This document shows, one piece after another, positions 60,930-64,000 of a DNA stretch of 64,000 nt. The stretch is from the NCBI GenBank assembly GCA_035502475.1, contig DATJUJ010000034.1, forward strand, positions 532 through 64,531, given 5' to 3'. Made by a program: the position numbers and the translations under genes. Within the stretch, counting starts at the first letter, position 1, and every line of letters starts with the position of its first letter. The DNA is from Thermoplasmata archaeon (GTDB taxonomy: Archaea; Thermoplasmatota; Thermoplasmata; Lutacidiplasmatales; UBA184). The notes under the pieces are model-generated. The model was given only the letters and a program-made list of their open reading frames with translations. It ran no database searches and was not told where the DNA came from.

Positions 60930-61325
60930 GTGCCGCGCGTGAAGGTCGAGCTGATCTACAGCGGGATCCGCGTCCGGGACCTCGCCCGGTCCCTGCGCTT
61001 CTACCGGCGCCTCGGGTTCCGACTCCACCGGCGAGGTCGCATGGGGCACGGGGGGACCTGGGTCCACCTCGCCTTCCCCGGGGCCGGCCAGCGCCTCGAG
61101 CTCAACTACTACCCGGCCGCGAACCGGTACTTCGAACCGTTCCGGCGCGGCACCGAGTTCGACCACTTCGGTTTCCGCGTCTCGGACGTCGAGGCATGGG
61201 AGGCGCAGCTCCGGCGCTGGAAGCTTCCGATCGTCGCCCGCATCCGCGAGGCGCACGAGAACCTCGTCTACACGAAGGACCCGGACGGGAACTGGCTCGA
61301 GTTCTTCGGCCCGCCGCCCGGCTGA
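60930..61325 (+). CDS. VOC/glyoxalase-family protein
   Basis: IRVRDLARSLRFYRRLGF and FDHFGFRVSDVEAW...DPDGNWLEF are glyoxalase-fold motifs. GTG start at 60930 or 60939. Confidence 0.75.
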   Translation: MPRVKVELIYSGIRVRDLARSLRFYRRLGFRLHRRGRMGHGGTWVHLAFPGAGQRLELNYYPAANRYFEPFRRGTEFDHFGFRVSDVEAWEAQLRRWKLPIVARIREAHENLVYTKDPDGNWLEFFGPPPG

Positions 61326-61342
61326 CCCCGTCGACCCCGGCC

Positions 61343-62644
61343 CTACTCCGGCGCCCCGGGGCGGAGCGCCTCGACCCCCTGCGGGGTCGCGGGCGGCCGG
61401 TCCGCGAGACGACGGCCGGCGGCGACCAGGCGCAGGGCCCGCACCGTCTCCGCGACGTCGTGGGTGCGCACGAGCTCCACGCCCCGCTCGGCCGCCAGGA
61501 CGGCGGCCGCGATCCCCGCCGCCAAGCGGTCCGCCGGGGTCTCGCCGCCCCCGAGCGCCCCCAGGAACGACTTCCGGGAGGCCCCGACGACGACCGGGTA
61601 CCCCAGGCTCCGGAACTCCCCGGCGTGGACGAGCAGCTCCAGGCTCTGCTCGGCGGACTTCCCGAACCCGATCCCCGGGTCGACGAGCAGCCGCTCCGGC
61701 GCGACGCCGTCCGCGACCGCCCGCGCCGTCGCCTCCGCGAGCGCGTGGTAGACCTCCCCCCGCAGGTCCGCGTAGACGAGGTCCTGCTGCATCGTGGCGG
61801 GCTCGCCGCGCAGGTGCATCGCGATCGCGGCCGCCCCGGTCCCGGCGACGACCCGACGCATCGCCTCCGCGCGCAGGCCCTCGACGTCGTTGATCAGATC
61901 GGCGCCGGCGTCCACGGCACGGGAGGCGACCTCCGCGTGCCGGGTGTCGATCGAGATCGGCACCTCGAGCCGGCCGCACAGGGCGTCGAGCACGGGGCCG
62001 ACCCGGGACCACTCCGCGTCGGGCGTCACCGGTCGCGCGCCCGGTCGCGTCGACTCCCCGCCCACGTCGATCACGTCTGCCCCCTCGGCGGCCAACGCGA
62101 CGGCGCGCCGAACGGCCTCCTCGGTCGTCGGGACCCGGCTGCCTTCGAAGAACGAGTCCGGGGTCACGTTGACGACCCCCATCACGCGGGGCCGATCGCC
62201 GAGCGTGAGAGCGCGGTGCGCGCCCGGGACCGTGCGGGGCCCCGTCCGGGTGTAGGCCCGGAGGGCGCGGTCGATCGCGTCGGCGACCTCGGCGAGACGG
62301 AACGGCTGCCGCCGCAGTTTCGGCAGCAGCCGCTGGTACTGGCCCCAGGTCGCGATCAGCAGGGCCGGGCTCTCCGAGAGCGAGTGGTCGGCGATCCCGC
62401 GCGCGTGCGAGGCGTCCCCGCCGACCGAGAGCAGCTCCTGCTTGAGCAGCGGCGAGGCCTTCAGCGACACGTGCTCGAGCCGGACGAGGTAGGTCCGCCC
62501 CTTGCGGGCCATGATGCCGACGCCCTCGGGGTCGCTGGCGGTCGCCTCGACCGCGCGGGCGACCTCCGCGAGGGAGCCCGTTTCGAGCACGCGCGCGTCG
62601 AACCGCGGGCGCCGCGGCGCCGTGCCGACGCTGCCCTCGGCCAC
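61343..62644 (-). CDS. folP: dihydropteroate synthase with about 150-aa N-terminal extension
   Basis: VMGVVNVTPDSFFEGSR, GADVIDVGGESTRPGA and DPGIGFGK motifs of the pterin-binding domain. The N-terminal domain, with SPLLKQELLSVGGDASHARG, is of unassigned function. Confidence 0.9.
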   Translation of the reverse strand: MAEGSVGTAPRRPRFDARVLETGSLAEVARAVEATASDPEGVGIMARKGRTYLVRLEHVSLKASPLLKQELLSVGGDASHARGIADHSLSESPALLIATWGQYQRLLPKLRRQPFRLAEVADAIDRALRAYTRTGPRTVPGAHRALTLGDRPRVMGVVNVTPDSFFEGSRVPTTEEAVRRAVALAAEGADVIDVGGESTRPGARPVTPDAEWSRVGPVLDALCGRLEVPISIDTRHAEVASRAVDAGADLINDVEGLRAEAMRRVVAGTGAAAIAMHLRGEPATMQQDLVYADLRGEVYHALAEATARAVADGVAPERLLVDPGIGFGKSAEQSLELLVHAGEFRSLGYPVVVGASRKSFLGALGGGETPADRLAAGIAAAVLAAERGVELVRTHDVAETVRALRLVAAGRRLADRPPATPQGVEALRPGAPE

Positions 62645-62727
62645 GGCGCGGCAAGCCGGTGGGGCGATAAAAGCCGCGAGCCGGGGACAGGAGCGAGCGT
62701 TTTGCTCCGGGTCTCGTCCGGGGCACG

Positions 62728-63474
62728 ATGACCCCCGCCTCCCGATCCCGCGGAGCGATCGTCGCCCTCGAGGGTGCGTCCGGTAGCGGAAAGACCACCG
62801 CGAGCACGCTGGTCGCCCAGCGGCTGGGTGGCTGGGTCGTCGCGGAGGCGTGGCAACGGCTAGGACGCGCCCCCTCGCTCTCCTTCCGCTCCCCGTCGGA
62901 ACTGCTCCGGCTCGAGACCGACCTCCTCGTCGAGGAGGGGCGTCGATACCAGGAGGCGCGCAGGCTCGCAGATCGGGGTCGACTCGTCGTGGCAGACACC
63001 GGGTTCCTCGGGCCGATGGCCTACACCTCGGGGCTCGTCGCGCGGAAATTCGCTCCCGCTCGGGTGCTCCCTCCGCTGCTCCGGACGGTTAGGGCCTGGG
63101 CGTCGGACGGACGCTGGGGCATGCCGGATCTCACCGTCTATCTGGTCACCGATGCGCGGACCCGCCGGCGCCGAGTCTCGGGGGATCCGAGGGGCCACCC
63201 CGCCGAGCTCGCGGAACGCCACGAGGCGGTCGGCCGATGGGAGCGGAGCTGGTTCCTCCGTCGGCTGGCCCCGGTCCTCGGGTCACGATTTCGGTTGGCG
63301 ACCGGGGTCGGGACCCCCCTCGAAGTGGCGCGGGGCGTCGCGCGCGTGATGCACGGCATACCCGGGAACAGTGGGACCCCGGAGATCGCCCTTGAGGTCG
63401 TGCAAACGCTCGCCGATTCGGTGCCCCAGCAGTGGGAGCGCGACAGGGGCGTACGGTGGATGCGTCGGTTCTAG
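62728..63474 (+). CDS. P-loop nucleoside/nucleotide-kinase-like protein (Tmk/dNK fold), function unknown
   Basis: IVALEGASGSGKTT Walker A, a VVADTGFLGP segment and a lid-like RTRRRRVSGDPRG segment. Divergent from folP. Confidence 0.6.
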   Translation: MTPASRSRGAIVALEGASGSGKTTASTLVAQRLGGWVVAEAWQRLGRAPSLSFRSPSELLRLETDLLVEEGRRYQEARRLADRGRLVVADTGFLGPMAYTSGLVARKFAPARVLPPLLRTVRAWASDGRWGMPDLTVYLVTDARTRRRRVSGDPRGHPAELAERHEAVGRWERSWFLRRLAPVLGSRFRLATGVGTPLEVARGVARVMHGIPGNSGTPEIALEVVQTLADSVPQQWERDRGVRWMRRF

Positions 63475-63671
63475 GCCACGGGGGTCCGCGCTTGGAGGGG
63501 CAACTTCAACCGACGAAGTCCAACACGCATCGGACACTTTATAGTGCTCCACAACTTGCCCCACGCTGATGAGTCACGTGGCGTGGTCGAGGAGGACTCG
63601 CGCCTACGATCGCTCACCCCGCGGCTCGGTCACACCGGGTACCGCTCCGCGGAACGCCCTCGCGAGGAGCC

Positions 63672-64000
63672 ATGGCCGAGGGACGGGACCCGGTCGCGCG
63701 GAGCGGGTCGACTAGGCCGATCCCTCTCCGGTCCCGGTCCCTCCGGGGCCATCGTCCGGGCGTCGCCGCTCTGACCGTCGCGGTCGCGCTCTTCGCCGGC
63801 CTCTTGATGGTCGTGCCTTCCGACCTCAACGTCCTTCACTCCGAGACCGACGCTTCCAACCTCTCGACGGCGACCAACTCCCTGGCGACCCCCACCAACA
63901 CCTTCTACCCGTATCTCGTGGATCCGGGGCTCTACCCGGACCCGGACATCCTGCAGTCACCGGCCCAAGGGTACTCCTACACCCTCCCCCAGGTCGCGAC
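63672..64000 (+). CDS. partial (3'-truncated by window) membrane-anchored or secreted protein
   Basis: Open frame from ATG 63672 to the window edge; an in-frame stop upstream at 63570..63572 leaves no earlier start. Basic N-terminus, then TM/signal-like VAALTVAVALFAGLLMVV, then a Ser/Thr/Asn/Pro-rich segment. It is absent from the track because no stop is reached. Confidence 0.5.
   Translation, partial: MAEGRDPVARSGSTRPIPLRSRSLRGHRPGVAALTVAVALFAGLLMVVPSDLNVLHSETDASNLSTATNSLATPTNTFYPYLVDPGLYPDPDILQSPAQGYSYTLPQVA

Noticed and set aside
63566-63573. CTGATGAG, the hammerhead-ribozyme core / C-box-like motif
   Set aside because: I could find no matching GAAA core, no three-stem arrangement and no downstream CTGA D box at sRNA distance. 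It is more likely part of a simple hairpin in a 5' leader.
1-64000. CRISPR arrays, rRNA genes, transposases/IS elements, prophage genes
   Set aside because: I saw no spaced direct repeats, no rRNA-like conserved segments and no DDE/integrase/capsid-like ORFs. Intergenic spacers are almost all under 150 nt.

Overview
The window is a very GC-rich (by eye; not computed), densely packed archaeal chromosome segment. Archaeal identity rests on these genes: S24e, Spt4, RNA polymerase subunits Rpo7/E-prime and Rpo11/L, TFS, Alba, archaeal type-II GAPDH, archaeosine synthase ArcS, a GTP-dependent dephospho-CoA kinase family protein, a single-OB SSB and archaeal-type ProRS/TrpRS/AsnRS. GyrA and a UbiA/UbiD/UbiE quinone set fit a gyrase-bearing euryarchaeote or Thermoplasmatota-like lineage, but the lineage cannot be assigned from this sequence alone.

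I call 64 CDS, one of them partial at the 3' edge, plus 2 tRNAs: Leu-GAG and Val-TAC. I found no rRNA, CRISPR array, transposase or integrase. Because of the GC content the six-frame track is full of long shadow ORFs rich in Arg, Pro, Gly and Ala. Real genes were picked by recognisable family motifs and normal amino-acid composition.

Short AT islands 24-33 nt upstream of many start codons read as TATA boxes of mostly leaderless transcripts.

The most interesting locus is 38.0-45.0 kb. There, ppx and two overlapping thymidylate-kinase-like paralogs form one minus-strand operon, and one paralog has a Walker-A Lys-to-Arg change. A CHAD gene diverges from this operon. PhoU-like and SixA genes lie upstream, and a translationally coupled orphan methyltransferase lies downstream. 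I interpret the pair as a candidate polyphosphate kinase/turnover module unrelated to PPK1/PPK2.

Secondary leads:
- a STAND/AAA_16-TPR NTPase preceded by a paralog that lacks the NTPase domain
- a GAPDH gene whose Rossmann motif has no canonical start codon upstream
- tRNA-Val overlapping the 3' end of arcS
- tandem small winged-helix-like paralogs that share an identical promoter box with rps15
- several uncharacterised zinc-ribbon proteins
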